Of a DNA stretch of 64,000 nt, positions 53,297-64,000 are shown piece by piece. Made by a program: the position numbers and the translations under genes. Location: assembly GCF_003704095.1 (NCBI RefSeq), contig NW_020844169.1:186001-250000 (forward strand), read 5' to 3'. The notes beneath the pieces are model-generated. The model was not told the DNA's origin. It saw nothing but the letters and a program-made list of their open reading frames with translations, and did no database searches. This DNA comes from Pocillopora damicornis (lineage: Eukaryota). Each line of letters begins with the position of its first letter. Positions within the stretch are counted from its first letter, which is position 1.

Positions 53297-55271
53297 CTTG
53301 TACCTTAAGCACTAACACGTATAAAATCGGATCGGCAAGCAAAAATAGAGGCGGTGTAAGAAACAGTTTTCGCTACTAATTCTTAACACTCCTCCCAAAG
53401 GAAATTTGGAAATTGAAATACGAAGCCACACGCCTTTACTTTCCCACATCACGTAGCGCATGAAGTCACTTCCGGTTCAAATACCGGAAGTTAACTAAGT
53501 GAACTGTGAGGTATACTCTACCAATGTCACTTGGTAAAATAAATCCCTCTCAGCTATAGAACATCCACTCAAAGTAGATATTTTATGAATGTTAGAAATG
53601 TTATGTTTTCATAAACTTTAGCAGAGGAGACCTTGCTTAATACTGTTTGGAATTTCTATGAGTTTGAAATCTTTTTTTCATTCACTGGATCAACAGACCA
53701 CTAAAATTCATATTCAAGTATGGTCTGCTAAATTTCTAGCAGTTACATTTAAAAAAAACATTCAGTTACACTTTTAATGATTGATAACACATGCACTTGG
53801 ATTTTGCAGTAACAGCAAAAAAGTTGCAGAGTAACCATCATCTTTTCTTCTTAAATTTCACACATCCTATCTCTCAAATGAAATTACAACTACGGACAGC
53901 CAAATCTATGTTTGGCATGTTTATGATATAAATATGAACAAAGAAATAGTGCTCAAAATTGACTTGCTTAGAAGTACAAACTTGCTCCACTCCTCCCTTA
54001 TCAATACTAGAAAGAAGATTTACTGACCACTCTTTTCAAATTAAACATTTTGCACATCTCTTTCAAGGATGGTAAGTGACATTTGCTGGCACTTTCTCTC
54101 TATCATACACTGTAAGTTCACCTGAAGTTGACACTTTCCCCACTGAACTGGATCAGTTTGAAACTGTTTTCCATTCACACTTTTGCTTTTGTGGCATTTC
54201 CTAAAAGTTGACAATACCAGGAAAGCTATCTCCTGAGTGGATATATTTGAAAATATAGCTCTCTCCTGCCCCATAATGAATGTTAGAGCATACAAATTTT
54301 TACCAATAGGGTTTAGAATTTCAATGCATTAACCAGTGGTTAAAACACCAATTTAGTAAGAGTTGTATGTAAAACCATAGAACTGAAGGGCACAGACATA
54401 TCTAAGTGGAATAAAGTAAAAGGGCCTTTATCCCTTTACGCACTAACATCAAAATGCATATTCGCCATACTGTTCTCTATACATTTCCTAAGGTGCTGGC
54501 ATGAAGAATTTGTTTAACTCCTTACATCCCAGCATTAAGGTATGTATATTCTCCATTCTGTTCCGTATATACTTCCTAAGGTGCTGGCAATGATAATTTG
54601 TTTAACAGTAAAGAGCTTCTTTAGTTGGTTATCTGTTTCTTTGTTCTCGTGTTCTCATGACCTTAATGTGGGATTCAGGGGAGATATTGCGAGAGAAATT
54701 AGATGCTAGTCTCTCTTAGGGTTTAAAAGTTAAATGAACTTTCAAACTTTAACCATCTATCACACAACAGTTATTAAGTTCTGAAAACTTGTTTGAAGCA
54801 CTTGAGAATGTTATGGGAATTCAAAATTGTTCAGAGGGTATAACATTTTCAGAAGTGAAGGCACTTCTTTTCAACTTGAGCAATAAAAGAGGTATGGAGA
54901 GCACCCGAGAAAATTATTATCTTCAAACCACAATGACAGAAATTTTACCATCACCGTTTAATTAGTTTAAAATAACAAACTGTTTATTGTACCAGCTTAA
55001 ACAGCTCAATTTTCTAGTCTATACCGCATGGATTTGAGAGAAAACAAGCCTACTGTTTAACAAACCAATTCAAATTTTGGTTGATGGTTAGAATTGTATG
55101 GAAAATAAACAGTCCGCGTAGGTATCATAACTTGTATTGCCATACATGAATAATCATTAAACCCCGTAACTGATTAATACACAAAAAATGTAAATCACGA
55201 AATGAAAGTTCTGCTAACCTGAAAACTGTTCTAAGCGTAAAGCAATGTCTGCTGAGCGGAATTTTAAACAG

Positions 55272-55790
55272 TTAATCATTCTCGTCCTTTTTACCGTGTT
55301 TTAGGATATGAGTAAACTGATTGTACTCCAGGTATCCATCTTTGTCGATAGGCGCGTCACGTAGAATATCATCAACTTGATCCTCGGTAAATCTGTCTCC
55401 CATAGTAGTTAGAGCCTCTTTCAATACATCTTCATGCACTTTGCCGGTTCCTTCATCATCAAAACAGGCAAAGGCATTCCTTATTACATCCTCAGGATCT
55501 GTCCCGTTTAGTTTTTCACCAAACAGTGTTAGGAACATAGTGAAATTGATAGGACCAGGCGACATCTTTATCATTTCTTCCAAATAATCATCGGTTGGAT
55601 CTTTCCCCAACGACGCAAGCATGTCGTGTAAATCTTCTTTATCAACGAAGCCGTCGTGGTTTTGATCTATCATGTTGAAGGCCTCTTTAAATTCCTGAAT
55701 TTGGTTTTGATCGAACATGGCAAAAACGTTAGAGGTGGCTCGGTGAGCTCGCTTTTTTGTTGTCTTTTTCGTCTTTGCTCTGGCAGCCAT
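55272..55790 (-). CDS. Myosin II regulatory light chain, copy 2
   Basis: Intronless 172-aa ORF with the same motifs; EF-hand [12 protein letters not shown]. Confidence 0.97.
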   Translation of the reverse strand: MAARAKTKKTTKKRAHRATSNVFAMFDQNQIQEFKEAFNMIDQNHDGFVDKEDLHDMLASLGKDPTDDYLEEMIKMSPGPINFTMFLTLFGEKLNGTDPEDVIRNAFACFDDEGTGKVHEDVLKEALTTMGDRFTEDQVDDILRDAPIDKDGYLEYNQFTHILKHGKKDEND

Positions 55791-58015
55791 CTTGTTCGTT
55801 GGGTTTATCTAATACAAACTGAATGAAAGAATTGTTAAAACACCGAGGGAAAAAATAGTTCGTGCCTGAAAATTTTTAGCAACACCTCTGAAGCCGAACT
55901 TCTGCAAACAATTTATGCAGCTATGTCCGCTTCTCGGCGAAAGTCGCTGACCCGGATATTAGAACCTAGTCCCACTCAATAACCTATTGACTGAAGACAT
56001 TTTTCGCAATTTTTTCTTGTTGTTATGAGAATTAACTATATATGCCACTGGCCAACGTTTCTGTTAGGAGGGTATTTACCCTGGGAGACTCATCCACGTT
56101 TTTCTTCAATGAAAGTAACAGCCATTTTTTAATTGACTGATGAATTTTTTTTGTTTTGTTTTTCAAAGTTGTCAGAAGTTGCCTTTCTAAGGGTAATCCA
56201 AGCTAAGAGAGGTAGAAGACTAGCTGTGGAAAATGACTCAGAACTAGTCAATAAGCAATTTTCGTCACACAGATACTTCAGTATCACTGTATGGTAGTGT
56301 TCTCAAGGTAGCAAATTAATTCTTCAATAAATGAACATCAGTACATTACACGGAGCCAGGTTTCACGCATTCAGGGCCTCAATGGTTGTTGTAAGGGTGA
56401 ATAGTGCTATCCCACAGATAAATCGCTATCCAGCACACCAATGTTTACAAAATGTACTGTACTATCCACTGAATAGAGATTTATCCAGTGGATACTGTTA
56501 TCCACCCTTCAAACAACCTGAATTATAATATCCAGCTCTTCAAAACTGTTACCTTCAAAATCAATTATTTCATGCTACTCTGATAAATCCTCAATAACAC
56601 TGAGGGTAAAGATGATGGAAAATTATCCTTTATTATTGGACCATTATTGGGACATAGCATCAAAAAAAATACTATCCTCTACTTTGATCTTCATGTTTGA
56701 GAAGAATTCAGGAGACTCTTTCCCTTCCCTCCCCTCCATGTTTACTAACACTTGTGTCATTCTGTCAAGATATGTCCCAGTAGAACAAAAAGGGTACAAA
56801 TTCAGAGATTTTCAGGAAAAATTAGTTCAAAGAACAATTCACAGACATTGGGATCATGTACAAGATCATTAGTTTGCTTTAATGGAGGAATGAACACAAA
56901 CACTTTTTAAATCTTAGTTATGAATGTTTACGTTTCCTGGTATTGTAAGGGCCTTTCAGTAAGTTTTAATACTAAGCAGGTAAAAAGTAAAGTTGGGCTT
57001 ATCTTCTGAGTCTACCACTAGACATGAAGTATTTTGTTCAACTTCATTATGTATTGCAAATCTTAGCCAAACAATTCAAACTATTTCAACTTAAAACAAT
57101 TAAAAGATAAATACTTTTTAGCCTCTGAAGTTACCACACTTTTAAATAAAATTACTCCCAGTGGTTGAAATCCCTGTAATAAATTTAGCTTAGGAAGTCT
57201 TGAGAGTCTTGAAAATTAGGACGAAAAATTAAAATTAGGAACATTTACATCTGGGGGAGAATGTCATGAAAAAGAGACACATTCTCTAGAATATTCAACA
57301 AAGAGATCTGAGGAGGATGCCCACAAGAGTTTGGTTTTAGATATTTTGAAAGAAAAAGTTCAAATAAATACCTAAGGTTGTTCTGCAAATAACTAATATA
57401 AATTTAACAATGTCATGCATTGTTAACTTGTGTCTGTAGAATACACTTAACTCTTTAACTCCCAGCAGTGATTAATACATAACTTTTCCCTTTCATAGCC
57501 ATACATTATCCAGCAAACAAGTAATGAGAAAACCTAAACTAATCAGGTGTATATTATTACACCCAATTCTTGAAACTAATTTACAAGGAAATGTGTAGCA
57601 GCTAGAGGGGAGAATTTATAATCAGATCTTGGAAGTTAAAGGGTTCACATGGAATTTAAAACTAGCAGTAAGAGCTAATATGCAGTATCTATAACAAACT
57701 TCTATCTAATCTTCAACAGAGGACACATAATCTTTTCACATTTCATGTGAAAGGTATATATGAACTTAACATCACCAGTTCAAATACATTTTTCAAGTAA
57801 AACTCTGTCACTCTAAATGTAATTTAAAATATCAACATATGGAGAGTGAAGTAACCATAATTCTTCTACAAATTAAAAATAGAATAATTTCTTTACAATT
57901 TGAGAAGAAATGAGATAGGTCTTTAGCACCCACAAAAGGATATTCCATATTTTAAGTCAAAAATAATTGTAGTAACTGTCTTTTTTTCAGGCTGATGAAT
58001 CACCACTGCCCCCTT

Positions 58016-61000
58016 CTAAGCTGAAGACTTTGTTTGTTCTAGACTATCACCAAGTATATCTGAGTTTGCAGGTGCATTAGTAAATATAGTTCCAACAAAT
58101 GCAAAAGATCCCCAAACACGATGTGAGATAACTTTACAGCAACCAAGATCTGCCACATTGAAGCCTAAATGGTTATATCGTTCATCTGTTTCAAACAAAG
58201 TACTATTTGTGTGTGGTCCAAAAAACTGTGGAGTAAAGGGTAAGAATATAATCATATCTATTCAACAAAAGTAAGTGGCAGACGTTCATATTTAGTGGAA
58301 GTGACATAAGTTGCTAACACTGGTTCAATATTCCACTCATTAATAAACACAGGAAAACATTATTCAATTGTCACATCACATGATTAGAAATTCCAGCTGA
58401 CACCTAGGAGACAAATCAGTTTGCTGTTTTCAAGTATAACAAAGGGATTAAACTTTCTACTACAAAAATAGAAGTGTATCTGCTGAACCTGAACTTGGCT
58501 ACAATCAACCTGTGACCACCACTAAACTTGATGTTTCAAGCATTAGCCCTTTGTCAGAGCAAAGGGCACTCTGATGAAGGGCTTGTACTTGAAAGGTCAG
58601 TTTAAGAAACTCTTTAAGGTCGCCATATTACGTTCATTTGTCAACTCAGTCAAAAAAATAACATTATTTTGTAATACTCCCTACCAACACACCACCACAG
58701 TTTCTTTAGAAACTTATCCCCAAAACCATCACGGTTTGTACAGTACAGTTCTCAGAAACTAAAGATAAAATTAAATGTATACTGGTAAAAACAACTAGAG
58801 AAAGTTGCAAAACTCATAAACTTACTGCTGTTCCTGATGATGGGTCTATAAAGTCTGCCCAATACCCAGCTGCTAGGAGACTTTTACAGATTTCTTTTGC
58901 ACTTTCCACAAACTGCAACAAGAAAAAACATAGAAAAAATGAGAGATTATCAATACAATGAGTTTTTTTGAAGGTCTGTCTGCCTTGTTGTCACTGCAAC
59001 TGTTGTGATTATCTATTAATGAACAATTTTATCTTACACTAGCCATGAGGCTTTCTCGTTCTTCTTCAACATCTGGTGACCAAGCACTCATGTCATTTCT
59101 AGTATGCTGACTAATGCTGACAACTGTTAGTTGACCAATCTGTATTCCAATGCCAGGAAACAACTCCATAAAGCTTTGGTGAAGGAAAGAAGGGCACTGT
59201 TGTACACTGCATTCTACTGAACCAGAAGAACTGTCATTCTAAATGAAGAAAATAAGTTTGAAACCAAAGAGAGTCTAAAGTTGAGTACAATGCTGTACAT
59301 AATGACACACTGTAGGAGGGTTCAAGCCACTTAAGCCCTTAACCACTATGAGTGACTACCATCTCATTTCTCTTAGTTTATAATATCACCCCTGAGTAAA
59401 GAGAAGACAGGAAATGATCATCAACTAAAGAAAACTTTGATTGCCAGATACATTTTCCTTGTCAGCACCTTAGAAGATGTATAATATTCAGTATGGGGAG
59501 TATATATACTGATGTAAGGACATAAAGGTGAAAGCCAAAACTGTGCTACTTTTGAACAATTATTGTGAATTAAAATCAACAAAAACAAATTTTGAGATGT
59601 TTTTGCTGAATTGATTGTTGCTAAAGACTAACAAGGTACTAAAGAGTAACAGAATTGATTACCTCTGTTTCAACTGCTTCCTCATAATTTTCCACAAAAT
59701 CTTTGGAATAACTATCAATAATGACTGCTTTTCTGATATCATCTGATTCCAGTTCTAACAAAGCTTCTGCTAATGTCTGCCTTTGTGTTCCACATTCTTT
59801 TTTGGCTGGCTGTGGAAGCTGAGTTAAGTCAATACCAACATTACCAGGAAGAGGGAATTGAGGATCTTTAGGTGCAAATGGTCCTAGTCTGGCATCTGGC
59901 CAATTACCTGCAAAAAGGTTTATGTCTCTTAACAAAGGGTTCTCATGTGATCCTTACTTGTAGGCAAACAACAGAACAGTTCTCTTCTTCAGCGATTTAA
60001 ATTAATTATTAATTAATTTCAGTCCTTTATTAAGATAAACTGGACAATATAATTCAATCCAACAAATAGTTTGAACCTGGAATAATTATTTGAACATATA
60101 GTCTGATTGAAGAAGGGATGAAGAAATACATGAGACAAGAGGGGCAATCAGGAAGCGGGCCCAGGATAGGGAAGAATGGAAAGACTTTGTTGTTACCTTA
60201 TTCCCCAGGAGGTGTGATGGGCTGATGGTAACTAAGTAAGTGGGTAGAGTCTGATGATGAGGGTAGTCCTGAGAAGGACCTTTATACCAATATAGTGATG
60301 ACTCAGTGCTCTCTTGGTGACTGAAGTACCCCTAATTATTGTCTAAAATCACATAGAATTCCAGAAAATTCAACAGGTAAAAAGATTACTCTTCTAATTT
60401 GAAAATTTTTTATTGCGATTCTAGTATGTTATCCTACAAACAGGTAAGAGGAGTTGAAAAAAGCATCAGCAAGAGGGTGTTATGTTGTTATAACACCAAA
60501 TTGCCCTACAATAAACTGCATAGCAGTCAGTAGAGAGAAATACTAAAAGGTCTTGCAACTCAAAGGGTTAACCAGGTCTTCTTTTAGAAAGGATATTTTC
60601 TTTCCTCTTTTCCTCCATACCACAATTAACAATAATGATAACAATTTCAATTTAAGATATCATATAGGCATGAGTCATACTGTACCAGATCCATCTCCAG
60701 AAACTGCAGTATCTGTCCTTGATGTACTCAGCGATGCCCCTTGCTGAACATTCCTGACCATTTGATTGACAACAGCCCTTATACTAGGAAAGTACTCAAC
60801 AGCACGGTTCGTCCTTCTTAGAGCCTGTTAGAAAAAATGCAATTTTGGTTAACATGGCCTGTTTTAAGATTCTTAATTTCAGCACAAAAATGCCTATACA
60901 TCATGAGCTACAGGAATTGTTCATGAGATATATCAAACTCTTAAAGTTCATTCAAAATATTCCTTTGGGTTAAACAAGACAATTTAAACATTCAAACTGA

Positions 61001-61777
61001 TTATTATTTTTTCATGAGTTAGTGCACACTAAGTACATTATTAGATACATTTCACTGAATTCCATTTAAGATTGGAAGGTATTGCTTAATTGCTCAAGAG
61101 AACTGAATTCTTTGTGGCTATTTATTTTGCAGGGTATTTTTTTCTTGAGAAACTTTGTTTTAAGGATCAAGAATAATCTCCAACATTTTCCAAATTTAAA
61201 GCTTGTGACAACCATATACTACCCCGTAAACCTCTCTTTTAACCTACTTCATAAAATTGGTTGGCACAGAATCATGAGGAGAAATTTGAACTATTTGGCA
61301 ATGGTATGGGAGAAAAGTTCCCCCAGGAGAGATGAAATGTAAAGTGCTTTGATTAACTGTATGTTGATCCTGAAATATATTGCTAGGTGCACTAGTTTAG
61401 CTTCTTTATTGATAACGCAATGTGCAAGTTTGAACAATTTTGAAAGTTAAATTAACGACTTGATCGTATCTGGAATTTGACAAAAATTAGGCTTTCCTTG
61501 ACTTTGTATACAATGCTAAGATTATCTTCACTTATTAAAGGCCAACGAAAATGAATGTAAGTTTACATAGAATACGACTCAGAGCGTCACAGTTAAGTTT
61601 ATTTCACTAACAATAATCTAAAATTGGAAATGGTGCTCGAACTGAAAATTCTAAACTTAATTTACGATGATAGTCGTATATTCAACGAATCAACACTCCT
61701 GAAATAACCACAATTTTCGTCAAAAAACTTCATCAGCGTTAAATATTGAACTGTGTAAAACTTACTTTCGTGGCCAT
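58016..61777 (-). CDS. MMADHC: Cobalamin trafficking protein CblD
   Basis: Exons 61777-61766 (MATK), 60824-60686, 59907-59663, 59238-59038, 58912-58826 and 58225-58016. Motifs [33 protein letters not shown] and [27 protein letters not shown]. Confidence 0.95.
58526..58720. repeat. Penelope-derived inverted repeat with degenerate hammerhead-like core
   Basis: GATGTTTCAAGCATTAGCCCTTTGTCAGAG faces CTCTGATGAAGGGCTTGTACTTGAAAGGTCAG. CTGATGA at 58571 and GAAA at 58591. Confidence 0.55.
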
Positions 61778-62677
61778 TATTTTGTTCACGCATCAAATTC
61801 AGTCAAAACATAGGAAATTTACGATTTTCAGGCAGATAGAGAGAGAACTGGACAGGTATGACGAAATGCATGAAGTGAAAACCCAATTACCCACAATGCA
61901 TCAAAATATCACAGCAACAAAAAAAGCTTCCGTTTCCGTTTCCACTACAAACATCGAGATCACATGTTCTGCAAAGAAGTCTTAGGCTTCCTTCGATAGA
62001 ACAACTTCTGTCAGTTGGTGTTTCATTGTGGGCTTAAATTTTTTTCATATGCTCGGTTAATGATAATGAACATTGTACCGAACTTGAACATTCTATTCTC
62101 TATTCTCAGTCATCAAATTGTTGTTTTATTTTTTATCGGCAACATTCACCACGTCATAAACTCGCTACTCTCTCTCCTCAAACCTGTCATTCTAATCCGA
62201 ACGTCTCCTTTTTCAATTTTAGCCTGGTGGTGGATGCGTAGGGATCATGTCACGCAACTTCCGTTTACCATGATTGAACAGGTTTGACTCTCCTAACCAA
62301 AATCGGATTTACGCAACAGATAAGGTTTTACTTGATCTTATAGAAACATACCCTATCCCCAGGCTTCATTTCCTCGTGCTGAAAGGCGAGAATGCATATA
62401 TAATGTTTTTTTTCCTTATTTCAAAATATGTATACATATATGTATATATGAGAGGTTAGGAAGATGCGTGACAAGTGGCTGACATTGCATGACTATTGAT
62501 TTGGTAGCGTGACAAAATGTAAAGACCCGGGGCTCTGGGTTCCAATTTGGTAATACACACACAGCTTTGCAGATGACAACTTTGCACCTTTCGAGTACTT
62601 CACTAATTGTTTGCTTCATAGTTTTTTAGAGCGGTCCTATTGTAGTTCAAAAGCTCAGACCGAACTCCTCTTTAAAT

Positions 62678-64000
62678 ATGACGAAGCTGGCTCCCAGAAA
62701 AGCAGCGAAAAGAGGCCACATAGAGGGGGCCGAAATTAGACAACCCGCCAAAAAATCTTCGAAAAAACATATTCAGAGGAAGCAAGAGACATCTTCAAGA
62801 TGGAAAATTGGTCTCGTCATTGTCGTGCTTTGTTTATTAATTGGAACAATTGTTGTGTATTTCAGTCCTTTCACCCAAACTGGTCCCAGAGGAAAGGTTT
62901 CACAGGGTAGGAATGACGATCAAAATAAAAGAGCGAAAAAGTCGAAAGATGACCCAAGTGAGGACCAAAAACAGAAATCGACAGGTAAGATTTTTTTTAG
63001 AATTCAACGTTTTAGAATAAACGCGGTATTCTGCGTTGTAGGGTAATTAGATCTCAACATTAAGGCTGGATATTTGTTTATGCTAATAATCCTGATGGAA
63101 GGAACCAGTAACATTTCTGTTGCCTCGTAGAATTTGATTGCATACGGTAATAGAGTCAGCCAGATAAGTTCATATAAATATATATCCAAAAAAATATTAT
63201 ACAATAATTTTACACAATCCTCCCCGACTTTTTTCTGTTGGGAACTGATTGTTATATGGCTCACTAATCAAAAATTGAATTATTTTCTGTTATTATCGAT
63301 GGACTTGCCTGGCCTGACCTCTAGGTTTTTAAATACCTTCAAACAGGCTGAGATACCTTGACTCCAAAGAAAGACAATTCCCCACTTAGTTGTTGGTTTT
63401 CACGTTTGCAAAATCCGTTTAGTTTTATCCTAAAGTTGGTGAATCTTCAGGTGCTAAGGCCCCATTTATATGGTCTCAGGTACCCAAGACAACCTTCCTC
63501 CTCAAGGTTACTTTGTGTTATGAGGCATTTTGGGAGTTGGAAGTTGCAACAGCTGACCCCTCACTAGCCTCTCCTGTGACAGCTAGCCAGGTTACAAATT
63601 GCATAAAATTTGAGCTGCCTCATCTTGGGCAGGCAAGCCAAAGTTTTTGGGTAGCCTCTAAAAGGGAGAAACCAAAATCAAACAGCTCACCCTCCTAAAA
63701 ATTTTCTTAAAGAAATTAGTGAAAAATTAGCTTGGCCAGGTTAACTTGGGTGAGGGTTGTCTTGCAGACCATATAAATGGGCCCTTAATTAATTTTTTCT
63801 AGAAGAAACCCTCTCTTGTCCTGCATGATTGTATTTGATTGTACCATGGCCTGTGATTAGAAAAACCTAAAATTCTTGCAAAATTATCATAACAAATCCT
63901 ATGTTTTATTCACCCTTTGTAATTGTGGTGATGATTGTTATTTTTTTTGTTATCTAAAGGAGCTCATGAAATTCCTAAAGAATATAAAGATTTCAATCTG
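62678..64000 (+). CDS. Type II membrane protein, 5' part (identity not resolvable in window)
   Basis: Exon 62678-62984 (basic N-terminus, TM IGLVIVVLCLLIGTIVVYF, donor gtaaga, phase 1). Probable exon 2 starts at 63960 (GAHEIPKEYKDFNL...) and runs off the window. Confidence 0.7.

Overview
AT-rich, intron-containing animal DNA. The repeat families and gene style suggest a cnidarian, probably a stony coral (inference). Four 100-N gaps occur at 5316-5415, 8254-8353, 13309-13408 and 17939-18038. Bases 1-21.5k are a TE-rich tandem segmental duplication of a head-to-head gene pair that the ORF track largely misses. One partner is a small minus-strand, 3-exon death-domain-only gene with an N-terminal basic amphipathic helix (2 copies). 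The other is a plus-strand, 6-exon single-pass membrane protein resembling a plant/fungal Pga1-like family (1 complete copy, 1 truncated). Bases 22.8-64k are a compact housekeeping/ciliary cluster: ENKUR(-), SF3B1(-, 32 coding exons by my reading) head-to-head with RPP25L(+), a TM-anchored RING protein(-), two tandem intronless myosin regulatory light chains(-), MMADHC(-) and the start of a type II membrane protein(+). Introns carry piggyBac-, Harbinger-, Kolobok-, AcademH- and EnSpm-like non-autonomous elements plus Penelope and L2 fragments. Exon models were built by hand from splice signals, phase and paralog comparison; no database searches were run.
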